Origin: Eledone cirrhosa
Taxonomy: Eukaryota
Length of the DNA stretch: 64,000 nt
Reading direction: 5' to 3'
Assembly: GCA_964016885.1 (NCBI GenBank)
Contig: OZ024742.1
Span: forward strand, 267,096,001-267,160,000
Both the position numbers and the translations under genes were made by a program. Under the pieces are notes generated by a model, which did not search any database, had not been told where the DNA came from, and saw only the letters and a list, made by a program, of their open reading frames with translations. This document shows positions 12,884-27,121 of the stretch, piece after piece (positions within the stretch are counted from its first letter, which is position 1; each line of letters begins with the position of its first letter).

Positions 12884-12923
12884 GCACCTACGTACGTTTC
12901 GCCCAGTTGGGCTTCTCAAGGGC
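12884..12923 (-). ncRNA. Hammerhead motif, U3-A8 core variant
   Basis: GCCC-TTGAGAA-GCCC(AACT)GGGC-GAAA-CGTACG-TA-GGTGC, then AATAAA. Confidence 0.7.
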
Positions 12924-12970
12924 ATAAATAATCAAATGTTTATACTGTATATATATATATATATATATAT

Positions 12971-13720
12971 AAATGAAAATAGAGAAATTACTGTGAGCAA
13001 GAAGCCAACTGTATTTCATAATATATAAGTGACTATAACGTCAAAATGGAAAAAAATTAACGTAAGATATGGGAAAATAATTGAAACTCAATTAAAAAAA
13101 TCAAGACAGAGATTTTATCCACATATTTTGTGAAATCCAGGGAAAAAACCAATATAGTCTTAACTCAGAATAACATAAAGTTTAAATACTCATCCTTCAA
13201 TTTGGAAAAACTACAAATGCTCTATATAGTCTTAAAATTTCACGAAACTTTTAAGTGGGTTTAGTCACGGATGGAATCGTTCCTCAGTAGAACTCAACAC
13301 GATAACCAAAACCCACTGCCAAAATATGCCACAAAGGGAATTTAAAAGCAGGTTAGTTCACCTCGTGCGGAATTATGAAAATAAACACACATGGAGAAAC
13401 ATGGCTGGTGACGTCAGAATGAGACGAATGTCTGTTTACAAGAAAAACTCTACAAAATATAAGGAATTCAGCAACTAGCAATATTATCGCGTTTTTTTAA
13501 AAAAAAACCGGGATAAGTCACAATTAATTTTAAGCATTCTAGGAAAAATTCCGAGTATAAATATAAATGAAATTAGAGAAATTAATGTGAGTTAGAAGCC
13601 AACAGTATTTCATAATATATAAGTGACTATAACGTCAAAATGGAAATAATTAACGTAAGATATATGAAAATAATTCAAACTCAATTCCAAAAAATCAAGA
13701 CAGAGATTTTATCCACAGAT
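12971..13720 (-). mobile_element. Retrozyme-like element with ~150-bp terminal direct repeat (period 594 nt) and one HHR at 13219-13293
   Basis: 12971-13123 repeated at 13565-13718; GTTCTA-CTGAGGA-ACGA...TCGT-GAAA-..-TA-TAGAGC. Confidence 0.7.
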
Positions 13721-13772
13721 GTAATATATATAAATGTAATATATATATAAATGTAATATGAGTTTTTCGAAT

Positions 13773-13930
13773 ATTAATAATTGTTTCTACTTTTGGCACA
13801 AGGCCAGCAATTATCCCAGTGTATTACTGGTACTTTATTTTATCGACCCAGTAAGGATGAAAGGCAAAGTTAACCTGTGCTGCAAAACATGGCATTCGAC
13901 CCTCTACCGATACTGCCAATCCACCAATTC
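13773..13930 (-). mobile_element. tRNA-derived SINE (octopus-type), internally deleted
   Basis: Reverse complement of TTTGCCTTTCATCCTTAC.GGGTCGATAAAATAAAGTACCAG and of the TGGCCTTGTGCCAAAAGTAGAAAC tail. Confidence 0.7.
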
Positions 13931-14097
13931 GTTTGCAATTATGCACACAACCAAGAATAGGGTGATCATTCTACTGACATCGCTTTAAAATAAGGCATAT
14001 TTGCATAATTGCAAACGAATCGAATATTATTATTAATATTCGAATAACTCAGATTACATTTATTGTATTCAGCCATGTAGAGCGAAATTGTTTATAT

Positions 14098-14155
<58 letters not shown>

Positions 14156-14160
<5 letters not shown>

Positions 14161-15047
14161 TAATTCTAAGCATTAAAAACTAGATCCCTAAAATCATTGC
14201 GAGCGATAACTAAAATAAGTTATCGGGACAGAACGAATTGGAAGGGGAAAGTAAACAAACAACATGGTAGTAATGCAACGTAAAGAGAGAAAAAGAGAGA
14301 CAAGTCAATGAATCTTGTGGACTTAAGTCCCAACAAATCAATCGACGGGAAGAGGCAGACACGTCCGAGCCACGCGAAAAGTGAGAGAGAAAAGGATTTC
14401 ACACAGGAGAGAGCTTGTTCGGACTTAAGTCCACAAGATTCATTGACTTGTCTCTCTTTTCCGCTCTTTACGTTGCATTACTACCCTGTTGTTTCTTTAA
14501 TTTCCTTTGTCCCGATAACTTAATTTAGTTATCGCTCGCACTGATTTTAGGTATCTAGTCTTTAATGCGAAGAATACCAATGATAAACAGCAGACTACTG
14601 ATGATGGACAGTCCCGTTTCTCAGTCTATTTTCATTCATATGTATCACATTCGCAACAACGCAGCACAACATTTTTTCATTCACATATATTTTTTTCCCC
14701 TCGCGGTGGTTCGTATTTTTTCTATCACCTTACAGCTATCCTCTTTCTCTCTCCCCCTTCTCTCTCCTTGTACCTCTTGCTTTCTTTCACCCCCTCTGCT
14801 GGTCACACACTCTCGGCTGGCCTCATCCTCACACTTTCACTCACCCACTCTCTCACTTCCTCCCGTTTGACCTGTGTGAAATCCCCTTCTCTCTCACTTT
14901 TCGCGTGGCTCGGACATGTCTGCCTCTTCTCGTCGATTGATTTGTTGGGACTTAAGTCCACAAGATTCATTGAGTTGTATCTCTTTTCCTCTCTTTTCCT
15001 CTCTTTACGTTGCATCACTATCATGTTGTTTGTTTACATTCCCCTTT

Positions 15048-15050
<3 letters not shown>
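14156..15050 (+). mobile_element. Retrozyme-like element family P2: inverted segment (14156-14407) plus 527-nt partial tandem
   Basis: GGACTTAAGTCCACAAG at 14421 and 14948; homologous to family P1 over the pyrimidine-rich body. Confidence 0.8.
14550..14605 (+). ncRNA. Putative non-circularly permuted hammerhead ribozyme (family P2; GAAA lacks one A in this copy)
   Basis: GGTA-TC^-TAGTCT-TTAATGCGAA-GAA-TACC-AATGATAAACAGC-AGACTA-CTGATGA-T. Confidence 0.6.
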
Positions 15051-15098
<48 letters not shown>

Positions 15099-15144
15099 AA
15101 GTTTTCTTACACCATTTTAATCCCATAGTCAAATTAAACATATC

Positions 15145-15449
15145 TTCTTCTTCTTCTTACTCGGGCTACACACCTGGGCCTTCTGGCGGTTGGTTTTGAC
15201 CGTAGAACCTGTCCAGTGATTCATTCCTGATGCATTCTAATCACATGCCTGGATCTGTGATTTTAGCAGAGAAATAGCGGCAGTATCTAGAGCGATTCTC
15301 TGATCTCCGAGCTACGCACTCTATCGACTAACGTTCCTCCAAAGACCGTTCGGAGGAACCCTATTATGGCAGCTTGTATTCGCGATCATATATTTTCGGT
15401 CATTACCCAAGATCCGTGACATTTCCTCTTCACACAACAATGCCCATTG

Positions 15450-15450
<1 letters not shown>
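15145..15450 (-). mobile_element. RTE-type LINE fragment
   Basis: Minus-strand translation SWVMTEN..SRIQAA..FLR..G.TL.DRVRSSEIRESL..HVIRM..; related to the 63.3-63.8 kb fragment. Confidence 0.6.
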
Positions 15451-15485
<35 letters not shown>

Positions 15486-15779
15486 AAATGCACACACACA
15501 CACACACACACACACAATCACTCACACACATACATATATAGATATATGTATTAAATGACCGACAAGTTTGTTTAAACCCGGTACAATGAGGTAGAAAATA
15601 CAAAGGGAAAATGATGGAAAATGAAACAAAACAAAGTAAAGTCATGTTTTACACAGTGATTTATAATGTTAAACCCTCTTTTCAGGTGTGGCTCTGAAGC
15701 AGGCTTAGATAAAACAAACTAACGATTTGAATTTTTTCTGCAAGTCGCATGCGCGGGGTTGCTACAGTAACCATTTCGA

Positions 15780-17300
15780 TTCGTGTCTTTCTGATCTATT
15801 ATTTATTTCTGGCTTTAATCGGTTAATTAAAATGGCACCCTAAATTCTTAAATTTTCAGTATTCCTTTCAGTCTCTTCTATGCTGACCTCAATGTCATGG
15901 TTGTAGCGTCTGTCAAGATGTTCTTTGCCGGTAGAAGCTCACATTGCTGCGTATTCCGTGATCCGTGTGTGTAGTCTCCTTATGGTACTTCTGCTGCATG
16001 AAGAGCTGCAGTTTTTGTATGTGATCTTATAGAGCACTTATGCTTTCATGCACATTTCTGCGTTGTAGATGGGACAATTAGGAACTGTGCATATATCTCT
16101 GTATGTGGCGTGGTGTCTGTGAAACATTCCCTTCAAAGTGGGTTCCAAATGTGCCAGCTGTATATTTAGTCCCTCCCACCGGATAGCTCGTCTGATGGTA
16201 ACTCTCGTCTTCTTATTGAAATGTGGTAGCTTTAAGTAGCACATGTCTTCCTTGTTTCCTTACGTGCTGATGCCTTGGTATTTTTGTCGAATAGCAGTTT
16301 TCGATGAGAACTCACTGGAATTCCACTGTGCTGCAAGTCCTGAGATTTCTTTGTATACATAGCTTTTTTCCAGACTTCGAAAATCTCTCCCCACTTTCCC
16401 CGTAAAACTAGAGGTCCCACAAGAAGTACTCAAAAGACTCAAATAACTTGACCCCACCACACTTGGACAGAATAGATACTCTTTTGGTTTAGATTTAGTT
16501 TGCCTTTACATCTCTGTCCCCGCCTCTCCTGCTATCGACTTAATTACAGTAAACATTATTGCCTCTACAGAACTCAATTATTTTGCGCTCACTGCTACTG
16601 ACAAACCCGAACTGCTCTCTATAGTCATATGAAACACCTTTTTCCTGCTTGTAAATCTCAGGATTTCCGATGGGATCGAGTCTTTCAGGCGTGCTACCCA
16701 TCACGTATATGGACCAGTTTGAGCCCTCATCTCTCACCACCTGCCTCTCTTGTCCCTTCTTCTCCTGGTACGGGGTTGACATCCTTATGCTCATTTCATC
16801 ACGTGAAGAAACGTTATACACTTCTTCATTAAAACAATATTAATTAGACAACTGCATAAAGAAGTCAAGTAACATCAATGAGCTACATCTAATCTACAAA
16901 CGTTTTTCGCCATTCCAAACTACACAACATGATTAACGTTTGCTATTACAACCGAATTGCTGTCGAAAGAAAATTACACAAGTTAAAATGAATTTGAAAT
17001 AAACATTATAATCGCCACAGTTGCTACAACATCAACAGTAATACTTCCAGCACCAAAGATCAGCGTTCTAACAGGAATTACGATAAACATGATAGAACTA
17101 CCAACGAAACTACAAACAATCCACGTGTAACTGATCTATCTGGCTCGCTAACATCAAGAGAATTGGAGTTAAGTTATGGATTTAAATTCATCATAGGTCA
17201 ACTCTACACCGAGATGGTAAAGCTCGACATAGAACCGCACAAAGAAAAGTAAAAATCACACGAGCTTTGAAAACCACATCACAACCTTTGAGACAAAAAT
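15780..17300. pseudogene. Scrambled degenerate PLE: GIY-YIG plus linker on - (15780-16260), RT core on + (16270-16830), N-terminal-like region on + (16840-17260)
   Basis: VLYKIT..STIRRLHTRITE..LRI..ILINRLKPEINN (like 54248-54526); GLDLVCLYISVP..AID; GFPMGSSLSGVL; VTDLSGSLTSRELELSYGFKF. Confidence 0.65.
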
Positions 17301-17829
17301 GTCCACCAACCTGCATTAATTAAAGTTCTGGGGGTGACTGATATCATCAGACTGAAGCAGCTGTACTATGCATGTTTTATAATAATTTGCAGCAACTAAA
17401 ACACCGTTAAATAATTGGCATTGCACTCATACAGATATACTCTTCGATCATATACGCCGAACAAACCTGATACAATATAGAGATATCCACTGACATAAAT
17501 CAAAAGCTCAATAAATGAAACGTAAACCGACCATACCTAAAACCCGAAGTCGCCGATTAAGCTGATCAAAAGCTTACCCGCTTAACGAATCGAAACCCTG
17601 TAAACACACATTAACCTAATACAACACCCAACTCTCTTAACGCACTCGGAGAAACTAACGCAAATAAATTATAATTAAACCTGAATATAAATTCAAAATC
17701 CCCTGTTCCCATATCAAATTATAGAAAATATCCACACGATAACTATAAATATAACATAATTTCAAATGAAACACGAATTAAACCAAACCCAGATAACATC
17801 AAATAATGAAATAATGAAAGGACACATAT

Positions 17830-18480
17830 ACATTTACACACACACATATATACATATATACATATGTACGTATGGGTTACATCGAACATTAATAATAATA
17901 TTCGATTCGTTTCTAAACAAACGGCTCGATTAAAGCTATGCCATGGCGGTGACAAATCTTCATTCGTTTGTTCAACACTGGCATTGAGGAACAATGAACA
18001 TGTTTCTGGGTCATTGCCCTTCATCAATACTGTATACCTCTACCAGTTTGTTGAACAGTTGACAATATATAGTATTTTCTTAAGTACACATAGGCTGAGA
18101 TGCCTCATTTGCATACCGAGAGAGTTACGGCTGGCCTTGCAGAATATTAAAAATAAAATTATAATCTTATTTCTCGTCCTAGCACAGCTGATACATACAT
18201 GAAAGTATGTATATGTACACACAAACATACACAAAAACACACACATATGTATATGCACACACACACATATATATACATATGTACGTATACAGTCCGGGTG
18301 AAGGGAAATGCCTCAGAAACATGTTGATTGTTCCTCAATGCCAGTTTTGAACAAACGGATGACGATTTGTTATCAGCACGGCACAGCTTTAAACGGGCCG
18401 TTATTTACAAACGAATTGAATATTATTAATGTTCGATATAACCCATACATACATATGTATTTGTACATATGTGTGTGTGT
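17830..18480 (-). mobile_element. Octamer-family HHR element (415-nt period, - strand) with inverted segment 18290-18470
   Basis: CATATGTACGTAT at 17861 and 18276; HHR-like ACAGTA-TTGATGA-AGGGCAATGACCCA-GAAA-CATG-TT-CATTGT at 17991-18033; ATGCAAAT at 18107-18114 (-). Confidence 0.75.
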
Positions 18481-18745
18481 ATATATATATATATATATCT
18501 ATATATACTATAAAGTATGTCCATAGAATCATATGATAATATATATACATCATTTCCTCTCCCAATTAGCATAATTAACCACACAAAAATCAATTAGACC
18601 AGGCTATAAGATTAAAAGGCACCTATTAAGAAACAGTAAATAAATAGACGATAGCAGCCTCTTCGCGGCCAACCGCTATAGAATATTTACCCAACATTTC
18701 AACAGCACGCGGAAATTAATTAAATATACGGTCAACCATACACAA

Positions 18746-19649
18746 TCTATATATATAAAACTGTGGTTGTCTGTCTGTCTATCGATTTTTGGTACACATC
18801 TCCTCTTAGAATCTCTCACGAAATTGCACCGAAATTGCTATACTTGTACATTGAGCCCTAGCGAAGACATCGGAAAAAAAAAATTTGAAATTGACCCACC
18901 CTATGTGACGAAATCGAATATAATGTATCAATTTTTGAGCGTAAGTTATCAGTTATTTCCCTTTGTTCTGTTTACATTGAGCGTCTTACGTAAAAAATTA
19001 CGCTGGCTTTCTCAGCGTTTAAAATGACATTAACACATTCATCAGTTCGAACACTAAGCTTCCGTTTTGCTTCATTTCCATTTAAAAGCATTTTAAAACA
19101 ATATTTTTACTTGAAAACAAGTCTATTTAAAGACTACGTAAAACAAGCAAATATTTCGTCGTTAGGCGTGCAGACAGACAGTCGTGCAGACAGACAGTCG
19201 TGCAGAGAGGTGATATAGGCGTGCAGACAGACAGTCGTGCAGAGAGGTGATATAGGTGTGCAGACAGACAGTCGTGCAGAGAGGTGATATAGGCGTGCAG
19301 ACAGACAGTCGTGCAGAGAGGTGATATAGGCGTGCAGACAGACATAACTGATAATTTGGTTACGCTAATGTTTTTCTCTGCGTTGCAGTGTTTACATTTT
19401 CGATCTTTGTTAATAAATAACCAGTGCAGTTTCTATCCCCAGCATCCTCTTTTGTTATAACATTCGGGTTATCGTTATGTTTTCTTAACTTCATAAGGCA
19501 TATTGTTGGTTGAGGGAATATTAATCAAAAACACCACATGCAAGTCTGCACAGTAGACACTACAGTTTTTAAGCCAAGAAAGAAACTTAACATTGTAACT
19601 TTAACACAGCTACTGAGCGACCCCGAGCAACGCCGGGCTTTACTGCTAG
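18746..19649 (+). mobile_element. Non-autonomous Helitron (904 bp)
   Basis: A|TCTATATATATAAAA 5' end; subterminal hairpin CCCGAGCAACGCCGGG (19622-19637); CTAG|T 3' end; AT target. Confidence 0.85.
19165..19345 (+). repeat. 37-bp minisatellite inside the Helitron
   Basis: GTGCAGACAGACAGTCGTGCAGAGAGGTGATATAGGC repeated about 4 times. Confidence 0.9.
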
Positions 19650-19697
19650 TTAGATACAAAATTAAAGTTAGAAATGCTTATATACATACCAGGATTA

Positions 19698-19778
19698 TGT
19701 CCCTACACTTGGGTTACGTTCTCATTTTGAGATATCCTATTAAGGATAAATCTCAAGCTTCGAACTCGTCAGGAGACA
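19698..19778 (-). ncRNA. Degenerate hammerhead with long stem II
   Basis: TGTCTC-CTGACGA-GTTC...GAAC-GtAA-CcCAAGTG-TA-GGGACA. Confidence 0.55.
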
Positions 19779-19866
19779 AACTCGCTAGGACAGATTATTT
19801 TCTGAAGTGACCCCGCCAAATACGAATTCAAAATGGCTAAGAATTGTAAATATATATATATATATT

Positions 19867-19987
<121 letters not shown>

Positions 19988-20423
19988 ATCCTTCTACGTT
20001 ATGCAACTCATCCATCGTTGTTGTTGAATCCCATGGCTGGTGCAGGAACGGTATTAAATATTGATTTGTTTAAAACAAGAGGAGGCCGGACTGAGGATAT
20101 TCTTGTTGCAAATTATACTATGTACATTTCACTGGGCAGGTTACGTAAGACGTCGGTTTGGATTGAATAATCAGTTAATCAATTAAGGGAAATACGACAA
20201 ACACAAACTGTTTGTGTTTGCCGTAATTCCATTTAGTGATTAACTAATTATGGACCTGATGATATTGCCAGGGTATTTCGCAACCAGGTCATTGAAATAT
20301 GTATATTGTTGTTTTGCAACAATAATACTTTAAAAGGTTATCCCCAATCCGGGCTTCTGTTGTTTTTTATCATATATATATACAGAAGGAGAAAGAGAGA
20401 GAAAGAGAGAGAAAGAGAGAGGT

Positions 20424-20464
<41 letters not shown>

Positions 20465-20804
20465 GTGTACACCGTACAGTAGTGTTGTATGAGTTGTTAT
20501 GCCAAAGCCAGATTTAGAAGAATGTAAGCAAACAAATAAAGTAAAAATGAATAATTTGTGATAAAGTATTTTCAGTTTAATCACCTAACAAGCCATAAAT
20601 TTTCTTCGTAAAATAGTGAATTTATGAGACTCAAGGAAATGGAGATATAAATCATTTTGTTCCAAGAAACATGACCATGTCAGCCATATTAAAACTTTGA
20701 AAGGGGAATAAATGATGCATGTGGCAACCTGTATTCTTAATCCATTTGACACATGACGTACGAGAACAGATAGGAGAAATATAAACAACTAAAAATCGTA
20801 TTAC

Positions 20805-20847
<43 letters not shown>

Positions 20848-20878
20848 CAGAGAGAGAGAGAAAGAGATAGACAGAGGG

Positions 20879-20927
<49 letters not shown>

Positions 20928-21099
20928 TATAGATAGATAGATAATAGATATGTGTGTGTATGTGTGCGTGCATAACCAGTCAATGTAAGAAAATTTACAT
21001 CATGGTTCTGCCGAGGTTTTTTAATTTCCGTTTAATGATTCACCAACGTTTCAAATTATATAATAATGAGGGAGATCCTCTAAGCGGAATCACACACAC

Positions 21100-22330
21100 G
21101 AGGTATTGATTATGTGAAGTTGATGTTCACATTGCTTACATTTCCTTCAATGAATATACAGTGAATTGTTTCCTTAGATTTTCTGTTGATTTGAAAAACA
21201 GGGATTTTGGTGGCTACTGCAGCATTCTGAGTTTCTTGGTTTTCGTGAATTCCTTGATTAACCCTGTGAAATGTTACGAATGGCTTCATAACAAAAAATA
21301 CTGGATCAACCCACATTCCTCTTAGCAAATGGTAACATAAACTTCTCTAAGATTTCCAGTTAAAGTGTTCTCTTTCGATGTCCTTGACTTAACGTGTGGG
21401 ATCGCACAATTATCAAAGCCTTTTTTCTCCAAACAATGGATTTGCCACCATTATACTTAACTGCTGGCTTCTTACAATTTGGATGTACACTCGGCAAAAC
21501 CAAACAAATTAAATGTTGATTCTGCTAATAACAATATTTTGGATATTTCTCCTACGTTAAGTTGTTATCGTTCTTATGCGGGTAGGACTGTTTTTCCTAG
21601 AAATACAAAATTTTGTTGTAAACAATTCAGGCAGAAACTGCTTTACGTTCCATGCGGTATTTCCGTCGAACGTCATTCAAACATCTGTCATTTTCCTATT
21701 CGTCATAGACAAACGGTGATTGTAGTTTTTGCGGTTACTCTTATTGTGGACGATTAGAACATCCGGCAGTTTCGAAGAAGAATATCATAGCCTGGTAAAC
21801 ATTGATTACTGAGCATCCAACTTTTGTCAGTCTATACAGTTTTACAATACTAAATAGTGTCTCTGATAAACTGTTTTTTTAATAGTTGCCTATTTATGTT
21901 TTCTTTAATTATTTATTTCTATACAAATTACACATATTCTTCCATACTTACCTACATCGTCGATATGGGTCAAGTTTTATTTAGGTTTGTGTTCTACAAT
22001 AGCACAGCATTTAATAAATTGTGTTTCCCTGCTCATTGCATTATCATTTGTATAACTACCTACTTTGTTTTTTAAAATATAATTGGTAACTCCCAGTTCT
22101 CATAAATTTTCATTATTAATTAAATCACTTACAGACGGTATATATCTTGGTAATTTGTCTTTTTGCTTTGTCATCAAAGACTTCGACAGAAATATACTAC
22201 ATTTTCTCTAATATAATTTCCAATGTGCAGTCTGAAATATGAATCGAATAGTCAGAATCGTTAGAATGCCCGGTTAAAGGCCTATTTATAGTGATAAATC
22301 TTCGGAAAAGATCAGGTACAGTATTTATTT
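21100..22330 (-). pseudogene. Highly degenerate PLE ORF remnant (tentative)
   Basis: Scattered weak RT/GIY-YIG-like peptides on - strand with many stops. Confidence 0.3.
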
Positions 22331-23330
22331 AAAGCCTTTACGTTTTGAAGTCGACTGTCATGTCACAAGTGTCACTGTGTATCGACCTTTGTCTTACCCA
22401 AGAAAAGCTCCAGTGACGTAAATTGGAGAAATTTACATGCATGTGGAACTTATGGTCATTGCAACCACCCCCACCCCCGAAGAAAATAGAAAAAAAAACA
22501 AAAAAAAACGCAATAAGATAAACAAATAAAAATTTGTAAAACCGGTGCCCGGAGAGGGAATTTACAACTGAATTTACAACGAAACATATGTAAGCCCCGG
22601 TATGTCTGAACTAATCACTAATCTCTAATTTTCACTTAGGCTTATTTTAGAGGAATGAGACATCTTTCTTTCAGACACAACACATATCATTCCTATTTTC
22701 GATATGAGAGTATTTAAAACGACAAACGTCTCAGCTTCGTGGTTTTTACTCACAAGAAATTTATTATGATAAAAAAAGTTTATATGTTTAAATTAAACAA
22801 GTAACCATTTTGCAACAGATTATTCTAGTAAATTATATATCCAACATTGGAAAAAAAGTATAACTCATTTTGTGGTGACTAACAGACAAAAACATACATA
22901 CACACAGACATATATATATATATATGTGTGTCTGTGTGTGTGTCCTGGATTTAATCGGGGGTAACCACAGCAAGTAATGTACTTAATACATTAGTAGATT
23001 ATATACACAATTTAATATAGAAATGGCTTCTAAAGCTCTAGAACTGTTTAATCCGAAAGAAATGATCAGCAAAGCCGACTGGCGTTATAATGTAGTAGTA
23101 TTTATGTTTACTAATGGGTGGGGAAGGTGGGATGTTTAGAATAGGTAGAAGTCATTGGTTGATGGATTTTTTTAGGGAACTGAGATTCTTTGAAAAAACT
23201 GTTTTTAGAAATATACACTTCATAAAAACAGGTTCATCTACACACTAAACTACCTTTAGAAATACTGTCGCCCACATATTTTAAGTAAACAAAAGGAATT
23301 TTGGCCATTTTTATGTGTATTCCTCACCTG

Positions 23331-23381
<51 letters not shown>

Positions 23382-23892
23382 TTCATACACACACATATTT
23401 GTATATATGAATGTATGATTGTATGTATGTAGCAATGTATTCACGTGTACCAAAGACTCATTTTGATTGATGTCGCCTTCATTGTAACTCAGGTGACACG
23501 GAGAAACAAAAAAAAAGTGCCCGTAAATATTTAAGATTTTGGCAAGAACAAAATCACCAGTTAGAATCTGACCATTGACCTAAATAAACGTTTCTTAAAC
23601 TAGCAGCAAAATAACTGTGCTTTGATCTATAATACTTTCTAGCTATCTCTATTGTGTGAATTCTAAATTTTAGTGACACAGGAACCTAACACATTTGGAT
23701 TAATACAGACAATTTTTTTTGCACCTTACACATTCTGTTGTCTGATTTAAAATTTGAATGTTGTTTGTAATTCGTGTAAACGAAATATTCCATAGAAGTG
23801 TAAAGCTATTAATAACTTTACACTTCTAAGGACTATTTCGCTAACTCGAATTACAAAAAGTGCTTCTTTCCTTATATATAACTCGAATGGTA

Positions 23893-23929
<37 letters not shown>

Positions 23930-24082
23930 GCATGAGAAAGGAACGTTATTTTACATTGCCCAAGCTCCTCAGTAAGCAAAAATGAGTTGTACCTGTTGTT
24001 TGCAAACGATGCACATGTCTGTGGAATGATCAGTCATATACACACACACTCACCCACTTACATCCCCATTTATATATGTATG

Positions 24083-24234
<152 letters not shown>

Positions 24235-24670
24235 TGTGTGTGTGTATGCGTGTGTATGCCCGTGTGTGTGTTATATTGTGTTAAACTATATTGAATATAA
24301 TTCATTTTACATATATGTCAGAGGTTTTCTCTATAATTTAGGCTTTAATTTACGAGAATTCATAATCTTTGCTGAATGTCTGTCAATATATAAGACATAT
24401 AGATTTACGATGAATACAGATTTATAGTAAAATACAATCTCGCTTCTCTCCTGGTAGTTATGTTATTTCTGACATATCCTTATAGTAGGAGTTATTTTGA
24501 GTTTTATTCGTTATATTCATATATGTATATGATATATTATAGTTTCTCATTCACACGACTTATGTACATTGCACGGATCGTATGTGACTGTTTATTTGGG
24601 CTTATGTATGTATGCAAGTATGTATGTATACTTGCATGTCTGTATGTATGGTTATAACATACACACATAA

Positions 24671-24747
<77 letters not shown>

Positions 24748-24965
24748 ATATATATATGTATATATACGTACATGCACGGAGGTATAGACGTAGATTCCAG
24801 TATAGAGAAATCTCATATATATATATAGTAATAATAATAAATTTGAAGACTAAAATCCAAAGAGGGCTCGATAAGGATAAATATATATCAAATATATAAG
24901 AACCGTAGAGCAAGATCCCGTTAAGGGTGAAAGCAGCGATACTTTGCATAAACTTTAATCTGTTA

Positions 24966-25031
<66 letters not shown>

Positions 25032-25712
25032 TATATGTATGTATATATACGCACACGCATGTAGGTATAGAGGTAGATTCCAGTATAGAGAAATCTCATA
25101 TATATATATATATTTAACGGCAAATATATACATACACTTAAATTGATATATATATATATAAGTATAGACATCCACATACACCTACTCTTATGTATACATA
25201 TATATATATATATATACATACTTATATATATATGTGTGTGTATGTGTGTGAGAGTGTTTGTGTTTGTATGCGTGTTTCAACGCATTTTATATCTATTTTA
25301 TTAATGTTTAGATGTCCGTTATTTCCGCTCTATATAAACCCATCTAGCATATAATATATATTGCCAAACATTTTTTTATTGTATATCTTCCCTACATTTT
25401 CGTGTTTCTCTATTCTTCCCTCTTACCGCAACATTTATCTCATAATTATGTAATGCATCATACATCACAGACCTTAATATCATATTATTTGTATGAAAAA
25501 AAAACCAAAAACACGTTATTTCGAGTTTTTTAATTTTTGCATAAAATATATTTTAGGCTATATCGTTACTGTGATAAATATATACAGCTTTTCGCCGCTC
25601 TAGGATGATTCAGTTTCGGATCGCAGTTACTTCATATATAAACGTCACCTTTTTTTTCATAAGGAGATTTGAACTTAACGATAGATAAATGCATGTGGAA
25701 TGCACTACACTG

Positions 25713-25810
<98 letters not shown>

Positions 25811-25952
25811 TGAAATATCAACGAGTCTATAATTACCGTTTTTTCTTACGGCCTATTTATGTGTGGGTCATTTTAACGGCTTGATTTTATACACCCGGCA
25901 GAAAGCGGTACATCTACTTCTACTTGGATTTATGTCTAGTAGGTTTGGAAAA

Positions 25953-26032
25953 GCTGTCTGAAGAGCTATATCTTTCCATTGGAAATTCTCTGAATTTCCA
26001 ATCTTTTGATTAGCGAAACCGTCGGTGACGCC
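25953..26032 (+). ncRNA. Hammerhead with extended stem II (cleavage triplet GTG here, GTC in the mirror copy)
   Basis: GCTGT-CTGAAGA-GCTA..TTGGAAATTC(TCT)GAATTTCCAA..TAGC-GAAA-CCGTCGG-TG-ACGCC. Confidence 0.65.
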
Positions 26033-26102
26033 ATTAGAAGAGGTAAATATTTAAATCGTATTTTAATTTATTTAAAAGATTGTTTAATGTTTACTTGTTC
26101 CG

Positions 26103-26236
<134 letters not shown>

Positions 26237-26558
26237 AATTATGAGTAAATCTTGGTTGTGTACCGACAGCCCAGTATGCAGATTGGAGCACTCGACGAAT
26301 CACGCACGTTGGTTTGTTTACTCCGGAGTAATGTAAAATATAAGTCAAATATGTAAAATTTGGCTTCGTTTATTATAAATTATAGATATACTGCTATATA
26401 TATTTAGGTGACAGCCATCATTGGCTGTGACCTCTTCAGGCAGTCCGAATTGGTGTGGGAAAGACAAGGTACAAATGTTGTTGAAGTGTGTTTTACACCG
26501 TCAATACATCGATATGTCCAGTTCCTGGTTGTGTTGTTATTTCTCTGAGAAACTGAAA

Positions 26559-26596
<38 letters not shown>

Positions 26597-26645
26597 TATA
26601 TATATAATCCTTATCGAGCCCTCTTCGGATTTTTGTCTTCACGAT

Positions 26646-26701
<56 letters not shown>

Positions 26702-26815
26702 TTCCAGTTTCTCAGAGAAATAACAACACAACCAGGAGCTGGACATATCGATGTATTGACGGAGTAAAACACACTTCAACAACATGTGTACCTTGTCTTT
26801 CCTACACCAATTCGG

Positions 26816-26870
26816 ACTGCCTGAAGAGGTCACAGCCAATGATGGCTGTCACCGAAATATATATAGCAGT
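26816..26870 (+). ncRNA. Minimal type I hammerhead (mirror copy 26390-26444 has GAAA>TAAA)
   Basis: ACTGC-CTGAAGA-GGTCACAGCCA(ATGA)TGGCTGTCACC-GAAA-TATATA-TA-GCAGT. Confidence 0.85.
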
Positions 26871-27025
26871 ATATCTATAATTTATAGTAAACGAAGCCAA
26901 ATTTTACATATTTGACTTAATTATTTTACATTACTCCGGAGTAAACAAACCAACGTGCGTGATTCGTCGAGTGCTCCATTCTGCATACTGGGCTGTCGGT
27001 ACACAACCAACATTTACTCAAAATT

Positions 27026-27121
<96 letters not shown>

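Noticed and set aside
19165-19345. 37-bp repeat array resembling a CRISPR repeat length
   Set aside because: Head-to-tail with no unique spacers, inside a Helitron, eukaryotic context, no cas genes
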